Assembly: GCA_963749495.1 (NCBI GenBank)
Contig: CAVVMW010000001.1
Span: 224,001 to 288,000, forward strand
Source of the DNA: an uncultured bacterium
Lineage (GTDB): Bacteria; Verrucomicrobiota; Verrucomicrobiia; Limisphaerales; UBA8199
Length of the DNA stretch: 64,000 bases
Direction of reading: 5' to 3'
Shown: one piece after another, positions 20,163-29,239 of the stretch
Layout: each line of letters begins with the position of its first letter
How positions within the stretch are numbered: the first letter of the stretch is position 1
Notes under the pieces: generated by a model
Told to the model about the DNA's origin: nothing
Seen by the model: the letters and a program-made list of their open reading frames with translations, nothing else
The model's database searches: none
Position numbers and translations under genes: made by a program

Positions 20163-20292
20163 TCCGGCCTCGGCCCTCTGGCCTCGGCCCTCTGGCCTCT
20201 GTTTCCTGGCCTCGATCCACTGCCCTCGGCCCTCCGTCCTCCGTCCTCCGCCCTCCGTCCTCTGGCCTCAGGCCTCCGTCCTCCGTCCTCCG
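20163..20292. repeat. heptamer array (CCTCCGT/CCTCTGG/CCTCGGC)n, inverse of 19545-19730
   Basis: Ends at the stop codon of the RelE-like gene. Confidence 0.92.
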
Positions 20293-20655
20293 TCACCGCG
20301 CCGCCCGGGCGGCCTCGATCAACTCCCAGAACTTCGGGTTCTGCTGAAGGGCCTCGTCCTCCTGCACCTTCAGGCCCGAGCGGTAGAGAAAGTCCTTGAG
20401 GGTATGGCGGTTCAGGATGCGATGGACCACCAGGCCCAGTTCGTGCCGCTCGAAATAGACCCGGTAATCGCCCACGCGGAAGCGGTGCAGGATGCGGCCT
20501 GCCCGCTCGAGTTTGCCGAACTGGTCCAGTTCGGTGTTCATGATCTGCTGCGGCAAGCCCCGGAACTCGCCCAGGATCTGCAACTGGAGGTCCCTGGGCA
20601 TCCGCGCCAATTCGGCGGCGCTGGTCGGATTGAAGATGATCTGAAACGGGCGCAT
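20293..20655 (-). CDS. RelE/ParE-like fold protein
   Basis: FQIIFNPTSAAEL..RFRVGDYRVYF..VHRILNR. Confidence 0.65.
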   Translation of the reverse strand: MRPFQIIFNPTSAAELARMPRDLQLQILGEFRGLPQQIMNTELDQFGKLERAGRILHRFRVGDYRVYFERHELGLVVHRILNRHTLKDFLYRSGLKVQEDEALQQNPKFWELIEAARAAR

Positions 20656-20864
20656 GGCTGGAGGGAGGATGCACGGGAATGAGGGGGTTGGCAAAACAAA
20701 ACAATGCGTCTAGCATGCAACCTCCAGCGTGATATGAAGGCGGACAAGCAGGACCTTCCTGGCTTCTCACCTCATCCAGATGAATTTTAGCACCGTACAG
20801 AGGGCCGATTGCGAATCCTCAGTACGCCGCCGGCATGCCGCGAGCGTCTGTGTGAAAGGCGAAG

Positions 20865-22748
20865 CTAAAGATCTTGATGCCTCTTCCCGCCTTTGTGAAT
20901 CCGCCCTGAAATCAGGTAGGCTTCTCCCGGCTCCAGAATAAGATTGGAAGGCAGCGTGAAGACCCTGTCGGGAGAGCATCTGTCTGGAAAAGCAATCGGA
21001 GCATTCAGAGTCAAATGCTCCTCGAATGAGTGAATCGGTTTGGGATCTGGCCGGCGGACCTGTGCGTGCAGAAAGCGCCGGGCTTTCTTCACGGTTGCAT
21101 CAACTGGCGCTTCGATTCCAAGATGACTGAAGTTCGGGGTCCAAATTCGCAGGAAGACCTCATCATTCGGAAGCATCTTGTGACCACGATCGAGAGGCGC
21201 TCGAGCGATGGCCGTCAGGGACTGGGCCCTTGCGCAGACCCATTCGGCGCCATTTTCTTGCGCTCGATAATCACGCACCCCTTGGAAACCATCAAAAAGA
21301 GCGGCCACCCGGTTAGCGGACGTGTCGCGGGTGGGGGCAAAGCTGCTCATGAGAATTCCGTTGGAGTTGAGGTCATCGAGCGCGCCATGCGTGCCCCCGA
21401 AGCGCACAAACTCGCTGCCTTTCTTGACCCACCATCCGGAGTGAACATAAGCGTTGTCCAGGCTGATGAGGATGTTCGCCGGGTTGAGGGCCGCCCTGGT
21501 GTGGCCGCGGACAATTCGCTCCAGCGCGAGCGGATAGCGATGGGCCAGGGTCTCAGTCATCCAGGCATCAGCCGTGGCAAAACCTCCGGCATCGAGCCGG
21601 TTCTTTCTGGAGAGCGATTCGACTACCGGGCGGTAGTTAATTGGGTCGCCGGTCCTGGTTGAATAGCGGAAAGAGTTCCTGGCAGCATTCCAGCAGATAA
21701 CGGCTCGTTCGCCCTTGGAATTGAGCACGACAAACTGGCCGGCACGATCCGGGTCCCGGGCCGTCAATACGTCCACGCCTTTCAGATGCGAAAGAAGCTG
21801 GACAAGTCTTTCGGTCTCGCCGGGCGAGTTGTGGATTTCCACCCATGACTCAATGCCGGCAGTGGGGAGAACAACGTCCTTCGGGTTTAGTATGGATTTC
21901 GTGAGCCGGTAGCCGGCCCTTTTCAGAAACGTCCGAATCTCGACTCGTTTGGCGGGGCCAGCATGATTGTTTCCGTGATCCGAGAGAATCAGGATTTCGA
22001 GCTCTCGCCCCTCGCGCGCCCGGTAGGTTAAGCGCAGTTCCTGGAGCTTCTCATCGAGCGTGCAAAGCATGGCCAGGATATCGGCGGATAGGTGCTGGGC
22101 ATCGTCCGGCGAACGAAGGTAGGCGTAGTAAGTGTCGCCCTGGTTGGTGGCATTGAGAAAGTTTTTGAGCAATTCATGCACCTCGTATTTGAATGTGCTG
22201 CGCGGAAAGATATAGCCCAGTGTGCGAAGGAAACCACCCGTCACCTGCCAGGTCATCTGTTTTTCGTACTCCATCGAGGTGGTGATGCCGTTCTGAAAAA
22301 TCTCCAAGTTCGCGGCCTCACTGAAATAAGTGCGCTGGTAGCCGGGCAGCGGGCGATTGCCGAGAATCTCGGTCCACGCGACGTCGCTGGCCGAGGGAAA
22401 GGTCGAGATAATGCGGCTGACGGGAAAGTATCCCTGATGGAAGGCTTGACGATGAAACTGCCTGCCCTTCAGGTCCTTGTAGGTGACGCCTTGCTGCAGG
22501 GCTTCCATGTCACGGTAAGCAACGCCATCAAGGGCCAGGACCAGGCGTTTGGGGAGCGAAGCCAGGCTCGATAGAGGGTGGGCCTGGAGAACCAACAGCG
22601 CCAGAAGCGCAAAACGGCTCGCGCTTCTGCTCCAGCCGCCTGGGAAACTGAAACCCGGGCCAGGATTCATGCGGCCCATCTTTAGCGGGCGCGGCAAGAT
22701 TTGTCCAAAGGTTTCTTCAATGGGCCCAAGAGGCGCGTTGGGAGTCAT
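20865..22748 (-). CDS. alkaline phosphatase superfamily (nucleotide pyrophosphatase-like) secreted protein
   Basis: LALDGV, STFPSAS, DDAQH, ILSDHG, THG metal-binding motifs; signal-like segment; start uncertain. Confidence 0.75.
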   Translation of the reverse strand: MTPNAPLGPIEETFGQILPRPLKMGRMNPGPGFSFPGGWSRSASRFALLALLVLQAHPLSSLASLPKRLVLALDGVAYRDMEALQQGVTYKDLKGRQFHRQAFHQGYFPVSRIISTFPSASDVAWTEILGNRPLPGYQRTYFSEAANLEIFQNGITTSMEYEKQMTWQVTGGFLRTLGYIFPRSTFKYEVHELLKNFLNATNQGDTYYAYLRSPDDAQHLSADILAMLCTLDEKLQELRLTYRAREGRELEILILSDHGNNHAGPAKRVEIRTFLKRAGYRLTKSILNPKDVVLPTAGIESWVEIHNSPGETERLVQLLSHLKGVDVLTARDPDRAGQFVVLNSKGERAVICWNAARNSFRYSTRTGDPINYRPVVESLSRKNRLDAGGFATADAWMTETLAHRYPLALERIVRGHTRAALNPANILISLDNAYVHSGWWVKKGSEFVRFGGTHGALDDLNSNGILMSSFAPTRDTSANRVAALFDGFQGVRDYRAQENGAEWVCARAQSLTAIARAPLDRGHKMLPNDEVFLRIWTPNFSHLGIEAPVDATVKKARRFLHAQVRRPDPKPIHSFEEHLTLNAPIAFPDRCSPDRVFTLPSNLILEPGEAYLISGRIHKGGKRHQDL

Positions 22749-22795
22749 GCGGGCGTTGACAACTGCCCTGCGTTTGCAAGAATTGTCGCTGCCGT

Positions 22796-23281
22796 ATGCG
22801 TATTCCGGTTGGCCAGTTGTGCCGCCTTATTGCCGGGTCAGTCTTGCCGGCCATCCTCATGCCGTGCGGCGGTTGCCAAACGGCCACCACGTCTCTTTTT
22901 GCAGTCTCGGGGGCCGCCTGGCACGTCCAGCAAGGACAGGCCCTCTGGCGCCCTCGGCGAGGGTTTCCGGAACTGGGCGGAGACCTCGTGGTGGCCCGCC
23001 ACGAGGACGGCCGCTGTTTCATCCAGTTCGCCAAGACGCCGATGTCGCTGGTCTCGGTCCAGACCACCCCCACGCAATGGCTGATCCAATTCCCACCGCG
23101 CGGGTGGGCCTTCAGCGGGCACCGGCGGCCGCCGGCTCGCTTTGCCTGGCTTTATCTGCGCGCAGCCCTTGCCGGAGAACAGCTTCCTGAGTCGCTGCGT
23201 TTTGAGGCCAAACCGGAGGGAGGCTGGCGGCTGGAGAACACTCGTTCAGGAGAGACCCTGGAAGGCTTTCTCGCACCGTGA
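22796..23281 (+). CDS. putative lipoprotein
   Basis: Hydrophobic N-terminus then CGGC; GTGA overlap with the MMPL gene. Confidence 0.6.
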   Translation: MRIPVGQLCRLIAGSVLPAILMPCGGCQTATTSLFAVSGAAWHVQQGQALWRPRRGFPELGGDLVVARHEDGRCFIQFAKTPMSLVSVQTTPTQWLIQFPPRGWAFSGHRRPPARFAWLYLRAALAGEQLPESLRFEAKPEGGWRLENTRSGETLEGFLAP

Positions 23282-26200
23282 GTTTCTTCCTCAAACGCTG
23301 GTGGTGGGCGCTGCTCACTTTGGCGGTCTGTCTCGGGCTATGCCGGCTCCGCTTTGACGTGGACATCCTCAACCTGCTGCCGCCCGATGAGCCGACGGTG
23401 CAGGGTCTGAAGCTTTATCAAAAGCATTTCACCAACGCCCGGGAATTGGTGATCACCCTCCGCGCCCCGGAGGCTGAGCAGGCGGAGCGGCTGGCGAGCG
23501 CGATGGCCGCCCGCTTGCGCCACGAGACAAACCTGGTCGCGGGGGTATCCTGGCAGCCGCCCTGGACGGAAGACCCGGCGCAGATGGCCGAACTGCTGGG
23601 CTGTCTCTGGCTCAATCAACCGCCGGAGGCCTTCGGAGCGCTGACCAACCGATTGGAGCCCGGCCAACTGAAGGCCGTGCTGGCCCAAACCAAGGAAGAA
23701 CTCAGGACCTCCGTGTCGCCGCTGGACATGGCCCGGCGCGCCTTCGATCCCTTCGACCTGCTCGATATGCCGGCACTGACCAATCTGAGCGGCCTCTCGA
23801 CGGGACCGGGGCAGCAGATGTTCGCTTCCTCGGAAGGGAACTTTCGCTTGTTGTTCGTGCAATCCGCCATCAATTTGGCCAGTTACCGGTCGTGTGAGAG
23901 TTGGCTGAAATCCATCCAAGTGGTGGTGGACGGCCTGCGGGCCAAGGGCTCGAAAGAGGAGTGGGCAGGCGTCGTGGTTCACTATACGGGACGGCCGGTT
24001 TTCGTGGTCGAAATCGCCAGAAGCATGCAGCACGACCTGAGCGGTTCGGTGGTTGGGACCTCTGCGATCATCGCCTTGCTGTTCTGGCTGACGCACCGGC
24101 GCTGGCTGCCGATGCTCTGGCTCTTGACGCTGCTGGCGTTGATTCTTGCCGCGACGCTGGCGCTAGGCGGGTTGGTGTTGGGAACGATCAGTGTCGTAAG
24201 CGTGGGGTTTGCGGCCGTGCTCCTGGGATTGGCGGTGGATTATGCCGTAGTTCACTACCAGGAGGCGCTGGCGCACCCGCAACTGACAGTGCCGGAAATT
24301 CGGCGGGCCATCGCGCCGAGCATCCTCTGGGCCGCCATCACCACGATGAGCGCCTTCCTGGTGCTGAACCTGGGCGGATTGCCCGGCCTGGCCCAACTGG
24401 GCACACTGGTAGCTATCGGGGTCGGCCTGGCAGCGCTGGTTATGGTGATGATTTACCTGCCGCCGCTTTTTCCCGAGCGCCGGAGGCCTCGTCCGGACCA
24501 AGCTCCGGCCCGCTGGTTTTCTTATTTCATCCCGCCCAAAGCGCCCGATGGGAGGATTGGCCTGCAACCGGCCTTGGAACCCACCCGGGACGAGAGACGG
24601 GCCTTGTGGCTTAACGCCGGCTGGAGGCCGGGACTCCCGCTAATGTTAACCATTTTCATATTGCTCACCGCCTGCGCCATATTGTCCGTCCGCCGGCCAG
24701 GGCTGGATAGGACGGGGAACGCTCTCCGGCCGCAACGCGGCGAAGCGGAGACGGCGCTGGACGAAATCAAGTCCGAAATGGGGCTGCCGCCAGATCCCCT
24801 CTGGCTGATCATCTCCGGCCGGGAGGAACCCGAGGTGTATCAGCGCCTCACCTTCGCCGAGGGATTGCTCAAGCGCGCGGTTTCGCATCGCAGCATCGGC
24901 GGGTATCTGCTGCCGACCGCGCTCTGGCCGCGGGCCGAGGTGCAGGCTGCCAACCGGGGGACTGCCGCGGTGTTGGGGCGGCAAGGCGCAGTGTTGCGGG
25001 AGGCGGCCTTCCGTGAAGGCTTCCGCAGCAACGCTCTGGTCCTGACCGAGGAATTGGTGCGGACCTGGGCGCGCGCCGGCGCCGGCACCGGTGTGCTTTG
25101 GCCGACCAACGCGGCGAGCCAATGGCTGCTGAAACGGTTCGTCGCGCGGACTCCCGGCCAATTGCTGGTGATGGGCCTTATCTATCCGGCGACGAACCGG
25201 GTTGATGCCTTGGCCCTGGCCGATTTATCTTCCCGGTTGTCACAAAACCAGGCCTTCCTTTCCGGGTGGGAATTGCTCGGAAGCACAACGCTCAAGCGGG
25301 TGCAAGGGAGATTGTGGCAGGTGGTGGCGCCGATGGTGGTTCTGGTGCTGGCTTCTCTCTGGTTGGCTTTCCGGCGCCCGACCGAGGTCCTTCTGGGCCT
25401 GGGGGTCCTGCTGCTGAGCGGCGTGTGTTTGCTGGCGGCGATGGCCGTGGCCGGTTGGTCCTGGAACCTGCTGAATCTGATGGCCCTGCCGCTGATGTTG
25501 GGCACGGGGGTGGATTACACAATCTTCATGCAATTGGCCCTGCGGCGGCACGGCGGGGATCTGCGCCTGGTTCGACGCTCCATCGGGCGGGCGCTGTTGC
25601 TGTGCGGGGGCACGGCCATGGCCGGGTTTGGCTCGTTGGGTTGTTCCAGCAATCCCGGCATGGCCAGCCTGGGCAAGGTGTGTGCCGTCGGCATTGGAGC
25701 CAATATGCTCTTCTCCGTGTTCCTGCTCCCGGCGTGGTGGGTGGCGTTGAGTCGAACCTCCAAAGTCCGCAGTCCCGAGTCCAGAGCCGGAGGGCGTGAC
25801 GAGAGCCGAGTGTCTGGCGGCACGGAAGAGCACGCAACACTTGCCTCACGCCCCGGCACCCGCCGCTGGGCCCCCTCTGCTTTTTACTGCGCCGGCCTGT
25901 GGCGGCTCGGCTTGGCCATGGTGCGACTCCTGCCAACAGGGTTGATAAAAGGATCGGCCGTGGTGGTGGCGGAAGTCTATTTCCTGTTCTATCGGCAGCG
26001 CCGCGAGGTGGTAGTGCGGAATTTCCTGCCCGCCTTCGCTGGTGACCGGTTGGCAGCAGAAAGAACCGCCCACAGGCTCTTTCGTAATTTTGCTTTGAAA
26101 CTGGTGGATCTATGGCGCGTCGAGAGCGGAGTGCCAGTGCGAGACTGGTTGACCGACTCTTGTGAGTTGGAGATTATCCGGGCTGCTCGCGAACGCGGAC

Positions 26201-26748
26201 GCGGCGTCATTTTCGTCACACTCCACCTCGGCAACTGGGAGCATGGTGGTTTGTTGCTGGCTCAACTGGGCATCCCGTTGACAATCCTGACCCAGGCCGA
26301 ACCGGACGACGGCCTGACCGATCTTCGTGCCGCGTTGCGGAAGCGTTGCGGGGTGGAGACGTTGATCGTCGGCCAGGACAGTTTTGCCTTCATCGAGGTC
26401 ATCAAACGACTTCAGGCTCGAGCCGCCTTGGCGCTATCCTTGGATCGACCCCCTGCGCGGGGTGGTGTCGCGGTCGAATTGTTCGGCCGGCCGTTCGAGG
26501 CGCCGGCGGCCGCGGCGGAGTTGGCCCGGGCGTCGGGCTGCGCGTTAATTGGGGTGACAATCGTCCGCCGGCCAACAGGCTACGCCGTGAAAGTGCTCTC
26601 CGAGTTCACCTATGACCGCAGGGCGTTGGGCAATCGCGAAGCCCGCCGAGAACTGACCCAGCAAATCCTGCGTGCATTCGAGCCGGCAATTCGCCAGGAT
26701 ATAGACCAATGGTATCAATTCGTTCCCATCTGGCCAAACGACAAGTAG
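23278..26748 (+). CDS. MMPL/RND lipid exporter fused to a lysophospholipid (LpxL-like) acyltransferase
   Basis: Two TM bundles with GLAVDY and GTGVDY; C-terminal HLGNWE, DRPP, ELFG, QWYQF. Confidence 0.88.
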   Translation: MSFFLKRWWWALLTLAVCLGLCRLRFDVDILNLLPPDEPTVQGLKLYQKHFTNARELVITLRAPEAEQAERLASAMAARLRHETNLVAGVSWQPPWTEDPAQMAELLGCLWLNQPPEAFGALTNRLEPGQLKAVLAQTKEELRTSVSPLDMARRAFDPFDLLDMPALTNLSGLSTGPGQQMFASSEGNFRLLFVQSAINLASYRSCESWLKSIQVVVDGLRAKGSKEEWAGVVVHYTGRPVFVVEIARSMQHDLSGSVVGTSAIIALLFWLTHRRWLPMLWLLTLLALILAATLALGGLVLGTISVVSVGFAAVLLGLAVDYAVVHYQEALAHPQLTVPEIRRAIAPSILWAAITTMSAFLVLNLGGLPGLAQLGTLVAIGVGLAALVMVMIYLPPLFPERRRPRPDQAPARWFSYFIPPKAPDGRIGLQPALEPTRDERRALWLNAGWRPGLPLMLTIFILLTACAILSVRRPGLDRTGNALRPQRGEAETALDEIKSEMGLPPDPLWLIISGREEPEVYQRLTFAEGLLKRAVSHRSIGGYLLPTALWPRAEVQAANRGTAAVLGRQGAVLREAAFREGFRSNALVLTEELVRTWARAGAGTGVLWPTNAASQWLLKRFVARTPGQLLVMGLIYPATNRVDALALADLSSRLSQNQAFLSGWELLGSTTLKRVQGRLWQVVAPMVVLVLASLWLAFRRPTEVLLGLGVLLLSGVCLLAAMAVAGWSWNLLNLMALPLMLGTGVDYTIFMQLALRRHGGDLRLVRRSIGRALLLCGGTAMAGFGSLGCSSNPGMASLGKVCAVGIGANMLFSVFLLPAWWVALSRTSKVRSPESRAGGRDESRVSGGTEEHATLASRPGTRRWAPSAFYCAGLWRLGLAMVRLLPTGLIKGSAVVVAEVYFLFYRQRREVVVRNFLPAFAGDRLAAERTAHRLFRNFALKLVDLWRVESGVPVRDWLTDSCELEIIRAARERGRGVIFVTLHLGNWEHGGLLLAQLGIPLTILTQAEPDDGLTDLRAALRKRCGVETLIVGQDSFAFIEVIKRLQARAALALSLDRPPARGGVAVELFGRPFEAPAAAAELARASGCALIGVTIVRRPTGYAVKVLSEFTYDRRALGNREARRELTQQILRAFEPAIRQDIDQWYQFVPIWPNDK

Positions 26749-27437
26749 CGCCGGTCCCGCGCGCATTGCGGTGCTGCCTTTGGACGGTGTTGTGTCTGGC
26801 GGCTCCCCTCGCGCTGGCGGCTGACGCTGCCAAACTCGATGGGCTTTTCGGCCACTGGTTTGCGGTGCAGACCAACCTGCAGAGTTGGTCGGCCGACTTC
26901 ACGCAGACCCGCTCGCTCAAGGTGCTGGCTGAGCCGCTGGTCGCCACGGGCAAGGTCTGGGTGGCGCCGGGCCGCTTTCGCTGGGAACTGGGCCAACCGG
27001 CGCAGACCATCGTGGTGCGCCAGCCCGGCCAACTGCTCATCATCTACCCGCGGCTCAAACGGGCCGAGAAATATCCACTCAGCGGCGTGCCGCCCGGCCC
27101 CGCGAGGGACGCGCTTGCGCTGCTGGACGCCAGCCTCCCCCGGGATCGAGCCTCCATGGAAGATCACTTTCGCCTGTTGTCGGCGGCAGAAACGAACGCG
27201 ACTTTGCAGGTGATGCTCCAGCCCAAGAGCGCCTCCGCCCGCAAATTCATCAGCGAGATCCTGATCGGCTTTCGCACCAACGATTTCTCGATCGCAGTGA
27301 CCGAGATGAGATTCGCTGACGGCTCCAGCTTGCGCAACGATTTTGCCAACGTGGTGCTCAACCCGCCGATGGATCCGGCGAGGTTCCAGGCCCAGTTGAT
27401 GCCGGACTTTACCGTGGTGGAACCGCTCCACCGATGA
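26709..27437 (+). CDS. LolA-like lipoprotein/lipid carrier
   Basis: ADFTQTR..G.VW..PGRFRWE. Confidence 0.82.
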   Translation: MVSIRSHLAKRQVAPVPRALRCCLWTVLCLAAPLALAADAAKLDGLFGHWFAVQTNLQSWSADFTQTRSLKVLAEPLVATGKVWVAPGRFRWELGQPAQTIVVRQPGQLLIIYPRLKRAEKYPLSGVPPGPARDALALLDASLPRDRASMEDHFRLLSAAETNATLQVMLQPKSASARKFISEILIGFRTNDFSIAVTEMRFADGSSLRNDFANVVLNPPMDPARFQAQLMPDFTVVEPLHR

Positions 27438-27907
27438 CCTTTATGCCTGACTTGCTGCAAGACGCCCTTAAATCGCTGCCCCACGGCCCGGAATTCCGCT
27501 TTGTGGACCGGCTGCTGAGCTTAGTCCCGGGCAAGAGTGGGGTGGGCGAATACTTGGTCCGGGGTGACGAATATTACCTGCGGGGCCATCTTCAGGGCGA
27601 ACCGCTCTTTCCGGGCGTGCTGCTAATCGAGGCTGCTGCGCAAGTGGCCGGGATGGTGGCACAGAACGACCCCGATTTTCCCGCTTTTCAGGGTCTGAAG
27701 CTCACTGCGCTCCGCGCCGTCAAGCTCCTCGGAACGGCCCGGCCCGGGGAAACGGTGTTGATTGAGGCCTCGATCACTGGCCGGTTAGGTCACTTAATCC
27801 AAGCCAAGGCTACGGCCTCCGTTTCAGGCCGCAGAGTGCTGTCCGCCGAGCTTACCTTGAGCGGCAACGCGCCCAAGCCCGCCGGAGCACAGACTCCAGC
27901 TCAGTGA
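27434..27907 (+). CDS. fabZ: 3-hydroxyacyl-ACP dehydratase (FabZ-like)
   Basis: LPHGPEFRFVDR, GHLQGEPLFPGVLLIEAAAQ. Confidence 0.85.
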   Translation: MTFMPDLLQDALKSLPHGPEFRFVDRLLSLVPGKSGVGEYLVRGDEYYLRGHLQGEPLFPGVLLIEAAAQVAGMVAQNDPDFPAFQGLKLTALRAVKLLGTARPGETVLIEASITGRLGHLIQAKATASVSGRRVLSAELTLSGNAPKPAGAQTPAQ

Positions 27908-27923
27908 ATTGGAGAACTCGACA

Positions 27924-28658
27924 ATGGGTCCGCCGCCTGATTATCGTTCCCGCTCCTTTGAGTTCGAGCGGGACACGCTTACGTTTGCCAACGAACTTGT
28001 GTGGCGATACAGCTTTGACCCCACGACCGGGGCAATGTCGGTTGCGCGCACGCATCCGGCCCCCACCTACTCCCATCGCTGCTTCGTGCTGGTCAGATCG
28101 GTCCGGCAATTCTTCTACCACGCCCATTTCGAACGGAGCCTGCCGGAGGTGGAAACGGAGGTTTATCGCGGGCTCATTCATCAAGTTGTCTCCCGCAATC
28201 CTCGCCGGAGGAGCGCCCAGCGGGAACGGATCGTGATCCCTGGCTACGAGTGTTTGCGCGCCTTTTGCCAAGCTCACGAGCCTCTGCTCAAAGGGGAGTG
28301 CGGCGGACCTTGGCAATCTTATTTTCTGCGCAGCCACTGGCGCATGGTCTTCCCGGTTTGGAGACGGCACCAGGAAAGGATGGCACGACAACTGCAGCAA
28401 GCGGTGCGTCAAGGGTCGGCGCCCACAGTGCATCTCTTCCGGTTTCCCCGGGTTAGGATAAACCACGGGCTCCTGTTGTTTGGAATGGCGGAGTCGGAGC
28501 GGGAGATCCGGTTCGAGGCTTACGATCCGAACACTCCCGCCCACTCGGCCAAACTCATCTATGACCGGGCGTTGCGGGCCTTTCGCTTTCCTGCCGCCTC
28601 CTATTGGGCCGGGGGAACGGTGAGCGTGATCGAGATCTTCCGCGGCGGGCTTTATTAG
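27924..28658 (+). CDS. hypothetical protein
   Basis: ORF within the operon; Cys (HRC), His (INH) and Asp (YDPN) spacing suggests a papain-like triad (inference). Confidence 0.6.
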   Translation: MGPPPDYRSRSFEFERDTLTFANELVWRYSFDPTTGAMSVARTHPAPTYSHRCFVLVRSVRQFFYHAHFERSLPEVETEVYRGLIHQVVSRNPRRRSAQRERIVIPGYECLRAFCQAHEPLLKGECGGPWQSYFLRSHWRMVFPVWRRHQERMARQLQQAVRQGSAPTVHLFRFPRVRINHGLLLFGMAESEREIRFEAYDPNTPAHSAKLIYDRALRAFRFPAASYWAGGTVSVIEIFRGGLY

Positions 28659-28690
28659 AGATCGTTAAACTGCTCACTAAGTCGCATCAA

Positions 28691-29075
28691 TCACTTCGCG
28701 CCTCGCACCTCGCGTTCCCCGCTTCCTCGCCCGGACGGCCGCCAGAAGGCGAAGCCAAAAAAAAGGGTGCCGCACAGGTTGATACCCAGAATGTAGCCGA
28801 TCTTGTAGGACCGCCCCTCGTTGGCCGGGGCATAAATCGCGACATCCTTCCCCATCAACAGCGCCGGCAGAGCGGCCAGGCATTACAGCTCCATGAATCA
28901 CTCCAAGGTGAAAGCCGGCCACGCGCCCGGGGCCGTAATACCGGGACGCCATCCAATCCTGGCCCAAACCGAGGAGCAATGCCAGCAGCACCAAGCCGGC
29001 GGTTTTGACCACCACTTCCCGCGCGCTGGGGTAAGGGCCGGAGCGCACGGTTTGTTCTGGAGGCGGAGCTGTCAT
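28691..29075 (-). CDS. small membrane protein (frameshift near 28875)
   Basis: GFHLGVIHGAVMP continues in another frame as LPALLMGKDVAIYA..YKIGYILGINLCG..*. Confidence 0.6.
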
Positions 29076-29239
29076 GTGACGTAGCTTGCCCGGGCATCGT
29101 AACCGCAAGCAAGCATATAGTTTCCGGGCTTGCTCTGAGGCTGGATGTTGGGCAGTCTTGGAGCAGAGTTTTGGCAGTGCTGGCGGCGGACCCCGCCAAA
29201 TTCCAGCACTATCAAGCATTGAAGCGACAACATCCGCGC

